This document shows positions 10,237 through 20,268 of a stretch of DNA of 64,000 nt, in pieces (positions within the stretch are counted from its first letter, which is position 1; each line of letters starts with the position of its first letter). The notes beneath the pieces are model-generated. The model did not search any database, was not told where the DNA came from, and saw nothing but the letters and a program-made list of their open reading frames with translations. The stretch lies in assembly GCA_963832745.1 (NCBI GenBank), contig CAWHVC010000005.1, forward strand, positions 32,001-96,000, written 5' to 3'. This DNA is from Candidatus Bathyarchaeota archaeon. Its GTDB lineage: Archaea; Thermoproteota; Bathyarchaeia; Bathyarchaeales; Bathycorpusculaceae. The translations under genes and the position numbers were made by a program.

Positions 10237-11034
10237 TTAAGGGTGACGCGCAATGAAAACGTGCAAGCCGCCCATTGTATTCAAAATGTACTGTTCAAAT
10301 TTTGCAACTGAATTAAGCAGGTGCTCTTCAAAAACAGTTTTTAGACGCCAAAACAAAAACGGTCCCAGCCACAGGTTGTTCTCGGTGATTGTTAGTAGTG
10401 AACCGATGTCATAGCTGTTTATGATTTGGAACCCGTTGTTTTTAAGTTCTTGAGCAACTTTTTTCTCGTCAAAATAAAACTGGCCATCAGGAGCATGAAT
10501 AAAGTATTTGGTTACAACGTTTTGGCGCCAAAAAGCCACAGCCAACAAACCGCCAGGATTAAGCACACGATAATATTCGTTAAAGATTAAGCTGACATCA
10601 CTAAAAGGCACATGGTCAATTGTGCTTAAGTCTAAAACTAAATCAAACCTGCCAGAAGCAAAAGGAAGACTGTGACAGGTCGCCTGCGCCATATTGGAAG
10701 TTTTTAGACGACGCTTTGCTAGGCGGCAAATTGTTTTTGAAAAATCGAAGCCAACAACATCTTCCGTTGTAAAGCTGCCAAGAATGTCTCGTGAGGTTTC
10801 AACGCCTTCATTCCACAAGTCAACCTTCAAAATTCTTGGATTTTGTGGTGGTTCGATTTGCCCAAGCGCACGGTTTACAAGAAGTTGATAAAAGGTTTTG
10901 ATGTACTGGTTTGTCCAGTCTTGAATGTTTCTACGTTCAACTGTGTAGGCTGTTATGCTGTTGTCCCAATAGTTCATGCTGCCTAGACAAGCTGCTAAGC
11001 TGTCGCTGAGGGCTGGTTTTAGTCGCTGAGGCAT
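10237..11034 (-). CDS. class I SAM-dependent methyltransferase
   Basis: LPFASGRFDLV, RVLNPGG; divergent motif I. Confidence 0.8.
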   Translation of the reverse strand: MPQRLKPALSDSLAACLGSMNYWDNSITAYTVERRNIQDWTNQYIKTFYQLLVNRALGQIEPPQNPRILKVDLWNEGVETSRDILGSFTTEDVVGFDFSKTICRLAKRRLKTSNMAQATCHSLPFASGRFDLVLDLSTIDHVPFSDVSLIFNEYYRVLNPGGLLAVAFWRQNVVTKYFIHAPDGQFYFDEKKVAQELKNNGFQIINSYDIGSLLTITENNLWLGPFLFWRLKTVFEEHLLNSVAKFEQYILNTMGGLHVFIARHP

Positions 11035-11050
11035 AAAAGGGCTTACCTTT

Positions 11051-13183
11051 TTAAGTGGGAGTTTGCCGGATTTCGCTGCCGCCGTTTGAGTAGATAACGT
11101 TTGTTTGATTAAGTATAGTGTTTAAGGTGCCGTTCCACGCTTGGGGTTCATAGTTGATGCTTATGTAGCTTAAGTAAATGTATTCTTCAGAATGTAGCAC
11201 AGTGTCGTTTCTAAGTTCTGTTACGTACCCACGGTACACTAGGCCATATGCCGTCAATGACGTAAATAGCCCGTTGTCTGCCGTTATGTTGTTCTGGTAA
11301 GGCACATTTGAATGAAGCCACACTGCACCTTGCACGCTAAAGTCATCAATGTAACCGAAGTCGCCGTACAATCGCAATGGATTCATGCGGTAACCACTTA
11401 ACGGAATTGACCAACTGTCAGTTTTAGCGGCTTCATACACAAAATTGGTTTGGAACAAGAAATAAGGCACCAAAATAACAACAACTAGTAAAGCCACCAT
11501 TAAGGGACGTTCTTTTTTGGTTAAGAACTTTACAAACATCCAAATGCCGACAATGCAGAAAGGCGCAAGCAGCATCAAAAGAATGTGGTAAAACCGAGTC
11601 ATGTTAAGCGTGTTTGCCAAGCCGGGAACTATGGTTAACGCCGCCAATATTGCCATGGCGACCAAAGCGAAGACTGCATAGTCACGGTCGAAACTAAACT
11701 TGGTTTTGCGTGTGATTAAACCCACAATTCCGATGAGGATGAAGAGTTCGGTTAGGTAGGCAAAGCCGCGGCTTACAGTGTTAAGCAGTGAAGGAGATTC
11801 AGCTAAACCTAACCCAGTTAGAACCGCTGAGCCTCGAGATAACGGGTTAAAAAAGTCGCCTAACTGGCTATACACGTAATTAGTGAAGGTTACGAAACTG
11901 TCGAAAACGATTGAACCTGAAGTGAAAATGTACCAGCCAAACATGGCGACAAAAAAGAACACAATCATGCCAAGCTGCAGGTTAACGCTGGGGCGCCTAA
12001 AAAGCCACATGGATGCTGCCCAAGCAGTAAAAATCAGTACCAAAAAAATTTCAGAAAGCGCGTAATGCGAAAAAATGAGACCAAAGCCAAAAATCATGAA
12101 AGCAAAATATTTTGTTTGCATTTTTATTTGTTTGTTAAGCAGCACCATGAAGAGCAGGACAAAAAAGAGTTCGGCGATTAATTGTCGGCTTAACGCCATC
12201 ATTTCTGTATAAAAGGTAGATTGTGCCATAAACAGGAAAGCGGCAAGGAAAGCGTATTTTTTGCCGATGTATGGCTTCCAAAGCATGTATAAAGCGACGG
12301 GCAGAAAAGCAAAGATTATGGGGTAAATGATTTTGTAAACCCATGTTGGGTCTAAGCCTAGCATGTTTGAGTAAACTGTCGGTAGAACGGTTACGCTGAG
12401 CATTGCGTTCATTCTGCCCAATGGTTGATCGCCGACTGCAAACGGAAGCACAGGGGACCAGTAAGAGTTCATTTGGGCATTTCTGAAAACAAACAGTTCA
12501 ACCGGCGAATCGCCGCCGTATGGCACAATGTAGCCAGATATAAGAGAGAAATGAAACAGCAAAGCCAAAGCAATCATGAAGATGGCTACAGGATAAACTT
12601 TGCCAAGGCCCGGCCGGTTAAGGAATGCAAGGGCAACAAAAAGCAAGCTTACAATGGATATCATAAGCATTAGGATGCTACTGTTACCGTTTAAATTCAC
12701 AAAGTAAGCGCCGATTATGCTTAGAATTGGCAGAAAAACTAGAATTAGCGCCCAAGGCGAAAAAGAGTTCTTTTCGGCAGAGTTTTGCGGCGGAATTGTT
12801 GGTTGTTGCTGGAATTGTGCGATTGCGGCTCCAATAAGAATCAAACTGTTCAAGAATAATGAGATAGGTAAAGTTGAAAGCGGCATGTTTAATCCAAAAC
12901 TTGCTCCGAAACTGTTGATTATTAAGCCCGCAATCATCAAAAATGCAAGACTGAAACCTAAAGCAAAAAGAGCGGACTCAACAACGTTTAGCCTATCAAG
13001 TTTTAACAGTTTAAGAGCAACAAAACCGGGAATGAAAGTTAAGTAAGCAATTCCAACGATTATGCGGATGAGCGGCAAATCAGCGAATAAGGCAAAATAC
13101 ATTACGAACTGCAGCACAAACACGACTGCAAAAAAATGCTGCGAAAACTTGCGTTGATAAAGCTCCAAAACGTCGGTCTCCAA
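11051..13183 (-). CDS. DUF2206 family polytopic membrane protein
   Basis: 710 aa, many TM; TFIPG, RQLIAE, FSHYA, TRFYH motifs of this archaeal glycan-locus family. Confidence 0.8.
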   Translation of the reverse strand: METDVLELYQRKFSQHFFAVVFVLQFVMYFALFADLPLIRIIVGIAYLTFIPGFVALKLLKLDRLNVVESALFALGFSLAFLMIAGLIINSFGASFGLNMPLSTLPISLFLNSLILIGAAIAQFQQQPTIPPQNSAEKNSFSPWALILVFLPILSIIGAYFVNLNGNSSILMLMISIVSLLFVALAFLNRPGLGKVYPVAIFMIALALLFHFSLISGYIVPYGGDSPVELFVFRNAQMNSYWSPVLPFAVGDQPLGRMNAMLSVTVLPTVYSNMLGLDPTWVYKIIYPIIFAFLPVALYMLWKPYIGKKYAFLAAFLFMAQSTFYTEMMALSRQLIAELFFVLLFMVLLNKQIKMQTKYFAFMIFGFGLIFSHYALSEIFLVLIFTAWAASMWLFRRPSVNLQLGMIVFFFVAMFGWYIFTSGSIVFDSFVTFTNYVYSQLGDFFNPLSRGSAVLTGLGLAESPSLLNTVSRGFAYLTELFILIGIVGLITRKTKFSFDRDYAVFALVAMAILAALTIVPGLANTLNMTRFYHILLMLLAPFCIVGIWMFVKFLTKKERPLMVALLVVVILVPYFLFQTNFVYEAAKTDSWSIPLSGYRMNPLRLYGDFGYIDDFSVQGAVWLHSNVPYQNNITADNGLFTSLTAYGLVYRGYVTELRNDTVLHSEEYIYLSYISINYEPQAWNGTLNTILNQTNVIYSNGGSEIRQTPT

Positions 13184-13189
13184 CTGCTT

Positions 13190-14377
13190 TTAAATTATTG
13201 AACGGTAAACCTGCGCCATTTTTGGTGCAACCGCGCGGATGTCGTATCCTTGTACTGTTTGGGCTCCGTTAAAAGCCAGTCTTTCTCTTAACTGCTTGTC
13301 ACGTAACAGACTGATAATTGCTAAAGAAAGGGCTTCTACGTTCTGAGGCTTCACTAAAAGACCATTTTCACCATGAGTTATGGTTTCAGTCATTATGCCA
13401 AAATCGGGTGCTATAACCGCTAAACCAGCTGACCATGCTTCCAGAGTTGCAATGTAACCGAAATTTGTGGCGATAAAGATGTTGCTGCTCCACAAAAACT
13501 TGGGCACATCCGTCTGTTTGCCCATCAACAGCACGGTACCGTCAAGATTTAACTCGTGCACAAGCTGTTTTAACTTTTCAAAAATGCTTCCGTAACCGAT
13601 AACGTGCAGTTTAGCATTTGGAAACTCTTTATGCACACTCTCAAAAGCACGAATCGGCAAATCGGGGTTAGTTACAGGTTCAAGCCTGCCAACATAAATA
13701 ACAATTTCACCGTCTGCGCTGTCGGAACCAATGGGGTTCTTAAAGCGAGGGGTATCGACAAAATTTGTTATGTGGTGACTTTTGCTTTCTAAACCCATCT
13801 CCTGTAGGGTGCCGAGGACTTCTTTGGAATACGTAGTTATTGCAGCGGCGTCGTTGAAGAGAATGTCTTTGACTGGTGTTGATTTTAAGGGCATTCCACC
13901 ATGCAGTGGGTTACCAACAAAACTACCGTGCAGAGTGAGAACCAGCGGCTTATGGAAGTGTTGACTAAGGTAAATGCCTAATTTAATGTATTCCAGGTCA
14001 GCCCAGATGCCGTGAATATGAAAAATGTCTGCTGTCTGCGCTGTTTTCCATCGTATGGCTTCATTGCAGAGGCTTGCAAGTTTTAATTCGTTAAGATATT
14101 TTGGTTGACGTTTAACAGCGTACATGAAAAAACCGTTAACTAAATCTATAGGACGTGGTCCAAGCCGGTAAACTTTGATGTAGCCAGCGTCTTCAACTTT
14201 TTTGATGTTTTTAGTTATAAACAGAATTTGGGTTCGACCCGTAATCAGAGAAAAATCGATTTGTTGACTCTTTGATAAGTAGTTGGATAAACCCATAATG
14301 TAGCGTTCTAAGCCGCCAATTTCTATAGGCCAAAAACGTTCCCAAACGTGACAAACATGCAAACATAAAAACCTCAA
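13190..14377 (-). CDS. glycosyltransferase family 4
   Basis: GGLE, HIHG, YVGRL, LEAWSAG, ENGLLV. Confidence 0.9.
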   Translation of the reverse strand: MRFLCLHVCHVWERFWPIEIGGLERYIMGLSNYLSKSQQIDFSLITGRTQILFITKNIKKVEDAGYIKVYRLGPRPIDLVNGFFMYAVKRQPKYLNELKLASLCNEAIRWKTAQTADIFHIHGIWADLEYIKLGIYLSQHFHKPLVLTLHGSFVGNPLHGGMPLKSTPVKDILFNDAAAITTYSKEVLGTLQEMGLESKSHHITNFVDTPRFKNPIGSDSADGEIVIYVGRLEPVTNPDLPIRAFESVHKEFPNAKLHVIGYGSIFEKLKQLVHELNLDGTVLLMGKQTDVPKFLWSSNIFIATNFGYIATLEAWSAGLAVIAPDFGIMTETITHGENGLLVKPQNVEALSLAIISLLRDKQLRERLAFNGAQTVQGYDIRAVAPKMAQVYRSII

Positions 14378-15480
14378 CTATCTGCGTATCTTGAAAAAAG
14401 CTCCATAAATCTGTGCGAAAAATTATTTATTGAAAACTGTTCAGCTATCAGCTTAGGCTCTACGGTTTTGTCTTCTGACCAATCAGCAATTGCCAAATTA
14501 ATTTTATCTGCAGCCTGCTCAATGGTTTCATAACGGTTTTGGGCTGGAACAAACTCTACCATGCCGCCTGAGTTATGACTAACGGGGATGCAGCCTGACG
14601 CCATGGCTTCAACAATGGAAATCCCAAAATGTTCCCCAACCATCGTATGCAAATAAACTTTGGCGGTTGCCAACATTTTGAGTTTCTGTTCTGCTGGAAG
14701 GTCAGGATAAAACTTTACGCGCTCGGTTAAATCAAGCTTTTTAACTTGAGACTGCAGACGATCAAGAGTGGCTCTGTCATAAAGCCGCCCAATTACGGCA
14801 AACTTAGTTTTGTTGCTTGTTTTTTCAGCAATTTTCGGGATATTTTCAAGTTTTTTGTTTTGCTCGAACCGCGAAGTTGTCACGACGAGGTCCTGTTTTT
14901 CTTTGGCTGGAATGTTTTTGATGCTTGAAGTGAAAGGTGGGTAAAGCACTGGAACACGTTTTCCTGAAAACTCTTCAATTTCTTTGGCAGTATAGTGGCT
15001 GTTTGCTAAAACAAGTTTGTCGTCATAGCGGGCAAGGTTTTTTTCCAGCAATACTTGAGGCAAGGCGCCGACTTCAGTATGGTGCGGACTTAACAAGTAA
15101 GGGAACCGTGTTCGGTAAGCGTAATGGTTCAGGGTTGGAAAATGGATGTAACACACGTTTGTCCATGGAAAAACGCTGTTTGAGTAGGGGTCAATGAAAG
15201 TGGCGATTTTTGATTTGGCGATGTATGAGCGAAAGATTGTTTGGTAGAAACCCATGATTCCTTTGATGTTTAAGTTAGTTGGCTGCGTGACCGCCGCAAT
15301 TTTAGGTTGCAAAGTTTCGCCGAAAAAGCCGCTAATGGCTTTTGGGTTTACTGGTTTTGTGGTAAACAATGTCACTTCAAAGCCTTTCTCAGCGAGCGTG
15401 TTGGCGATGGCTACGGCAACGAATTCTCCGCCGCCGTAATTGTGCAAGGTTGGGCAGAATATGCCGACAGTTTTTGCCAT
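14374..15480 (-). CDS. glycosyltransferase family 4 (ALG11-like)
   Basis: GGGE, YIHFP, ANSHYTA, LHTMVGEHFGISIVEAMASGCIPVSHNSGG. Confidence 0.88.
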   Translation of the reverse strand: MAKTVGIFCPTLHNYGGGEFVAVAIANTLAEKGFEVTLFTTKPVNPKAISGFFGETLQPKIAAVTQPTNLNIKGIMGFYQTIFRSYIAKSKIATFIDPYSNSVFPWTNVCYIHFPTLNHYAYRTRFPYLLSPHHTEVGALPQVLLEKNLARYDDKLVLANSHYTAKEIEEFSGKRVPVLYPPFTSSIKNIPAKEKQDLVVTTSRFEQNKKLENIPKIAEKTSNKTKFAVIGRLYDRATLDRLQSQVKKLDLTERVKFYPDLPAEQKLKMLATAKVYLHTMVGEHFGISIVEAMASGCIPVSHNSGGMVEFVPAQNRYETIEQAADKINLAIADWSEDKTVEPKLIAEQFSINNFSHRFMELFSRYADS

Positions 15481-15490
15481 GACTAAGCCC

Positions 15491-16246
15491 TTACGCGGCT
15501 GTTTTTTGGGCTATAAGGCCAATGTTTGCCCCGAAAAAGCGCCATGACTTCTTGTTTTCCAGCGAGTTAGAAACCAATGTGACTACTTTGCTGAGGTGGA
15601 AGAAACTGGTTATTTTTGGGTGCAAATGCACGTAGTCAGTTCCTTTAATATCGATGATGGTTAAGCGTTCAGAGTTTACGAGCCTTTTAACTTTAGGATA
15701 ATGAAAAATGTACTCTTTCTCTACGCTTAAGAATCGTTGTACATATTTTGGTTGCCCCATAACTTTGAAAAACACAACCTCAAAAAATAGGCTGCTAAGC
15801 AGGTTAGGCACGGTTATGCAAATGTATCCCGATTGGTCAATTATTCTTGCAAACTCGTGAAACGCTTTCTCATGCCCCTCAATGTGCTCCAGCACTTCAG
15901 AAGAAACAATCATGTCTTGGCTACGATCAACAAACGGCAGAAACCTTGCGTCACTAACCACAAATTCGACATTATTTTGGACCCCGTATTGTTTGGTTAA
16001 GGTTTTAGCTTCCAAGATGGCGCTTTTTGAAATGTCCAGTCCAATGGCTTCGCCTCCGTTTCTGGCAACATGCATGCAGAAAACGCCAATGCCGCAACCG
16101 ACTTCCAGCACCCGTTTGTCCTTAAAGCTGGTTACAGGTTTTATCATTTTCAGAAGAAGCTGGTACCAGGGGTCGGTTAGGTTTATTTTGTGGTCAAACC
16201 ATGTCAAAAATTTTTCGTCTGCTTGACTAATTGTTTTTTGAACCAT
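15491..16246 (-). CDS. class I SAM-dependent methyltransferase
   Basis: VLEVGCGIG, EVLEH, ITVPN. Confidence 0.9.
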   Translation of the reverse strand: MVQKTISQADEKFLTWFDHKINLTDPWYQLLLKMIKPVTSFKDKRVLEVGCGIGVFCMHVARNGGEAIGLDISKSAILEAKTLTKQYGVQNNVEFVVSDARFLPFVDRSQDMIVSSEVLEHIEGHEKAFHEFARIIDQSGYICITVPNLLSSLFFEVVFFKVMGQPKYVQRFLSVEKEYIFHYPKVKRLVNSERLTIIDIKGTDYVHLHPKITSFFHLSKVVTLVSNSLENKKSWRFFGANIGLIAQKTAA

Positions 16247-16262
16247 AAAAAATCAGAACCAT

Positions 16263-17123
16263 TTAATGTAGTGCGCCTTTAAGGTAGCCGAGGCACCAAG
16301 CGCTGAGTTTGAAAACAAACTGGAAGGGTAACAAGAAATTTTTTTTCTCATACGTTAATCGGTAGGCGATGAAGGCACGTTTTAGTCCCGCAGCAAACCC
16401 AGCTACGGGCGTCATTTCGTAAAGTGTTACAAGGTTTGGGTTAGCCCTGCAGGCTTCATGCAAACCGTAGCCCCAGTTGAAGTATTTATTCCACAGTTTT
16501 CGCCAGCTGGTTCGGGGATACTCGTAAAAGATGGCGAGGCTGCGTTCAAGTTCCCAGCCTGCGGCACCGATTTTGGATGATGCATCATGGTCTTCGCCGG
16601 CAAAACGGAGCCGATGGTCAAAGCAGCCTACGCCCTTAAGAGCTTGGGTTCGGTAGATACTGCCGCCTGTTCCGCATTCGTAACGGTAATTTTCGCTAAC
16701 AAAAGACATGTTTTCGAGGGAAGCAACAAGGTTCGCGTCTTGAATTATGCCGTAAATGCCTTTGGCGATGCCGACTTTGCGGTTTTGCTCCATAAAACGG
16801 TACTGTTCCTCAATGAAACTGTCGGAGAGCACCATGTCGCAGTCTACCCAAACAATGTATTTTCCTTCAGCGTTCCGTGCAACTGTGTTTCTTGCTTCTG
16901 CGATGCCTTGCCAACGGTGACGCAAAATCCGCACATTCATATCCATTCCAAGCGCCAAACCGCGGACGACATTAAGCGTTCCATCCACACTGCCATCATC
17001 AACGATTATGACTTCAATTTGGTTGTGGGGAAAGCCTTGTGCCATTACACTTTTTAGGGCTCGCCCGATGGTGTGGGCACCGTTTTTTACGCAGATGCCA
17101 ACGGTTACAGCGTAACTCACCAA
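16263..17123 (-). CDS. glycosyltransferase family 2
   Basis: VDDGSVD, WVDCD, GED; paralog of the adjacent 17137-18039 gene. Confidence 0.9.
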   Translation of the reverse strand: MVSYAVTVGICVKNGAHTIGRALKSVMAQGFPHNQIEVIIVDDGSVDGTLNVVRGLALGMDMNVRILRHRWQGIAEARNTVARNAEGKYIVWVDCDMVLSDSFIEEQYRFMEQNRKVGIAKGIYGIIQDANLVASLENMSFVSENYRYECGTGGSIYRTQALKGVGCFDHRLRFAGEDHDASSKIGAAGWELERSLAIFYEYPRTSWRKLWNKYFNWGYGLHEACRANPNLVTLYEMTPVAGFAAGLKRAFIAYRLTYEKKNFLLPFQFVFKLSAWCLGYLKGALH

Positions 17124-17136
17124 ATCGCTCTCCGTT

Positions 17137-18039
17137 TTAGGTTTGTCTGCGGCTTTTCAGAAACCCCAAAAACCATGCAACTCGTTTGAATACGTAATGA
17201 AAAGGCAGCAGCACAGCAGTTTTCTGTCGAGTTAACCGGTAAGCTTCAGGCACACGTCTAAGTTCAGCCAACACCGCCACCGGCGGCAACATTTTACCGA
17301 TGTTAACCATATCACGATTCTTGTTAAGCAGCGACCGAAAACCGTAGCCGTGCCAAAAATATTCATCCCAAAGTGACCGCCAAGAATCCCTGCGGCGTTC
17401 AACAAAAACGGCGTCTGTAACGTACAGTTTCCAGCCGCTGTTATGCACACGGTATTCGGCGTCCATGTCTTCTCCTACGCCTCGAAAGTTGATGTCAAAA
17501 CCGCCCGCTTGACGGATGGCTTTTACTCGGTAGATGCAGCCGGATGTGCCGAGGTATTTGAGGTTGGTTTCTCCTTCAAAGCGGTAGTTGATTAGGAACT
17601 CCATGTTTTCTAGGGAGGCAACTAGTTTAGCGTTTTTGTCCATGCCGTATTGCGCTTTTCCGATGCCAACGTGAGGGTTTGAATCCATGAAGTTAACTTG
17701 TTTGCGGACAAAATCTGAGGGTAGTTCCATATCGCCATCTACCCAGATTACGTATGCTCCAGCGGCGTTTTCGACTACTGTCTGGCGTGCCTGGCCTAAG
17801 CCGTGGTTTTCTGAGAAGAAACGGGTTTGCAGCGCCGTAGTTGTTAGGCAAGTCTTTATTGTTTCTACTGTTTGGTCTCTGCTTGAGCCGTCTACAACCA
17901 GAAGCTCCATTTGGCCGGCGGGGTAATCTTGGGAAAGGATGCTGTTTACGGCGGCTTTTACTGTTGCTTCAGAATTTTTTACGCACAACCCTACAGTGAC
18001 TCTAACGCCAAAAGCTTCTTCAGCCATTTTGTGATGCAC
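17137..18039 (-). CDS. glycosyltransferase family 2
   Basis: VDGSSRD, WVDGD, GED. Confidence 0.9.
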   Translation of the reverse strand: MHHKMAEEAFGVRVTVGLCVKNSEATVKAAVNSILSQDYPAGQMELLVVDGSSRDQTVETIKTCLTTTALQTRFFSENHGLGQARQTVVENAAGAYVIWVDGDMELPSDFVRKQVNFMDSNPHVGIGKAQYGMDKNAKLVASLENMEFLINYRFEGETNLKYLGTSGCIYRVKAIRQAGGFDINFRGVGEDMDAEYRVHNSGWKLYVTDAVFVERRRDSWRSLWDEYFWHGYGFRSLLNKNRDMVNIGKMLPPVAVLAELRRVPEAYRLTRQKTAVLLPFHYVFKRVAWFLGFLKSRRQT

Positions 18040-18041
18040 GC

Positions 18042-19205
18042 CTAAATTAAACCGTAAAAAGACAGGTTTGCCTCGTTAAGCCACATGCGGTCTTCAGGTT
18101 TTGCCCAAACGCTGAATTTTTTGCCAAACAAGACGGCAAAGATGGAGACAAAAAGTAGAAGGTTGTTTTCTACGAGTTGATAAGTGTAGAATCTAACTTG
18201 CGGAATAAGTAGAAGCCCAAACGTAACAAGCAGTAATGGGTACAATGCAATTAGGTATCCGGTTAAACCGAGAAAAACAAGAAACGCAACAGGCGAGAAA
18301 AGGTAAAGCATAGTGTTGGGGACAACAGTTGCTCTGGCGCTTTTGGCTTTCCCATCAACAAGCAAACTCAGATACCGCGAGAAAACATGCACAAGCTGAA
18401 TTGTTCTTCGCAGTTTAATGCTAATTTTGCCCCGAAACGTTGCTGGAAAACTGCTGTAAAACTTGGCATCCACAACAAGCATTGCCCTGAAATCGTGCTC
18501 AATAACGCTTAGCACTGTGCCGCAGTCGTCTGAACCAGTTTGGTATGGGTCAAAACGTTCAAGTGCTTCACGTCTAAAAGCGCTAAAGCCGCCCTCAAAA
18601 AACAGTGTTGACCCAGCTTTAGATTCACCCAACCTTAGCATGTTGGCTGATTTGAGGTAGCCTTGTTCCATGCGGGTTATCCATGTTTGGTCTTTGTTGA
18701 AGAGGATTTTTGGTCCTCCGATTGCGCCGACTGTAGGGTCTGCAAGGTATGGGAGTGCTTTTGTTAAGATGTCTTTTGGCCAGAAACAGTCCGCGTCAGA
18801 AATGACTATGATGTCGCCGGTGCATTGTGAAAGTGCAGTGTTTAAGGCATGTGATTTGCCTTTTCTTTGCTGCTCCGAAATGAACGTTACTTTTAACTGG
18901 GGATTTTGTTTTGTGAATCCTTCAACGATTTGAGGTGTGCCGTCACTGGAGTTACTGTCTACGACAATTATTTCCATCAGTTCTTGAGGGTATAAGAGAC
19001 GGCTTGTGTTTGCCAGTTTGTACTTGATTATTTCTGCTTCGTTATAGGTTGGGATGATGATGGACACTTTAGGGGAGTAGTTGTCGTCGATTTTGGTTGG
19101 CCAAGCAGCTTTAGATTTTTGTTTCATATACAGGTAAATGAAGGCAGGGGGAGCAAAAGCTAAGACCCCGAAAAGTAGCCAAAATATCAAAAGAAGAAAT
19201 GGCAT
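18042..19205 (-). CDS. membrane-bound glycosyltransferase family 2
   Basis: N- and C-terminal TM; IPTYNE, GKSHALN, SDAD. Confidence 0.9.
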   Translation of the reverse strand: MPFLLLIFWLLFGVLAFAPPAFIYLYMKQKSKAAWPTKIDDNYSPKVSIIIPTYNEAEIIKYKLANTSRLLYPQELMEIIVVDSNSSDGTPQIVEGFTKQNPQLKVTFISEQQRKGKSHALNTALSQCTGDIIVISDADCFWPKDILTKALPYLADPTVGAIGGPKILFNKDQTWITRMEQGYLKSANMLRLGESKAGSTLFFEGGFSAFRREALERFDPYQTGSDDCGTVLSVIEHDFRAMLVVDAKFYSSFPATFRGKISIKLRRTIQLVHVFSRYLSLLVDGKAKSARATVVPNTMLYLFSPVAFLVFLGLTGYLIALYPLLLVTFGLLLIPQVRFYTYQLVENNLLLFVSIFAVLFGKKFSVWAKPEDRMWLNEANLSFYGLI

Positions 19206-19260
19206 AGATTCGCCTTAGACTGTTTTTTAACGTACTTTTGAGGCAATTCAGCGTCAATAG

Positions 19261-19329
19261 ACCTACCCCCTATAGGTTTTTGCATAGAACTGCTATTAGG
19301 ACCCTAATAGGCGCCTAATAGGTTGGCTA
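19261..19329. repeat. dispersed 60-70 bp periodic palindromic element, copy 2 (inverted relative to copies 1 and 3)
   Basis: Reverse complement matches 53381-53429 at 44/49 by hand; contains perfect IR ctattagg-ac-cctaatag. Confidence 0.8.
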
Positions 19330-20268
19330 CTTTTCCAGAAACGGAGGCAAAACATCTCCTGAAACTGTCGTGTACGCTTTAACCAGACTTAACTGCAGAC
19401 CCCAAGACAGCGAATGCATACGGTGGCTGTAATGCGGAAATTCTCGTTTAACTTGCGCAAGCGTTATGCCGTCTTCAAATACGCCGATTCTTGAAACGTC
19501 ACCAAGTTGTTCTTTTGCGGCCAAATGCAGATACGGCACCCTCATCGGGTTAAAACCCATGACCTTCGCTGCGACATAATCAGTTGATAAAACATTATCG
19601 CCAGTCATAATTACTCCAAGCTTTTTGGGGCAGGAGCCACGGACGATTAAGCCGTCAACCACTGTGAGATGCGACTTCACAATTTTGTTTGCGGCAACTA
19701 TTACGTTGGTTATGTTTTTGTGGTAGGAGTATTTTCTTGGTTTTGCGATGGCGCCAAACATGTTTTTCATTCCAACGGTTGCCCCAACGAAATTGTGGGT
19801 TTTCAGTTTGGGTACGTTAATGATTAAGTCAGCGTTCAAAAAGTCCTCGTTAAAGGGCAACGTCAAATGCTGGTTGCCAACAGTGACAGTACGTTCAACA
19901 ACATCGCCTTCGCTTAGGTTCTTTAAGGGCACGCTGTGTTTTTCGCAAAGGTCTCTGTAGCCAAGGATTCCGAACGCAAACTTGGTTTTCATTGCTGAAG
20001 CGTCAGCCTCCGCCACGGTAATTGAGACGCCGTCAATTTTCTTTTTCAGGTAATCGATTACTGCACCCACGATTCTGCCATCGGTTGTTTCTCCTGTAGA
20101 AGCGTTCCAGTAATAGCACAGGTTTGGTTTAATGTAAACCGTTTTGATTTTGCTGAAATCATAGTCTAACTTATCAATCGACCGTGCAACCGCCGAATCT
20201 ATAGCCTCACCTAGAAAAGGCTGCTTAACAGAAGTTACTGTTACTTTCGCCATTTTTTTGTACTCCAT
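19327..20268 (-). CDS. DUF362 domain protein
   Basis: YIKPNLCYYW, NVPKLKTH, MKNMFG; paralog of 3903-4805. Confidence 0.85.
   Translation of the reverse strand: MEYKKMAKVTVTSVKQPFLGEAIDSAVARSIDKLDYDFSKIKTVYIKPNLCYYWNASTGETTDGRIVGAVIDYLKKKIDGVSITVAEADASAMKTKFAFGILGYRDLCEKHSVPLKNLSEGDVVERTVTVGNQHLTLPFNEDFLNADLIINVPKLKTHNFVGATVGMKNMFGAIAKPRKYSYHKNITNVIVAANKIVKSHLTVVDGLIVRGSCPKKLGVIMTGDNVLSTDYVAAKVMGFNPMRVPYLHLAAKEQLGDVSRIGVFEDGITLAQVKREFPHYSHRMHSLSWGLQLSLVKAYTTVSGDVLPPFLEK

Noticed and set aside
8999-19329. Repeats as CRISPR remnants
   Set aside because: No regularly spaced repeat-spacer array and no cas genes in the window.
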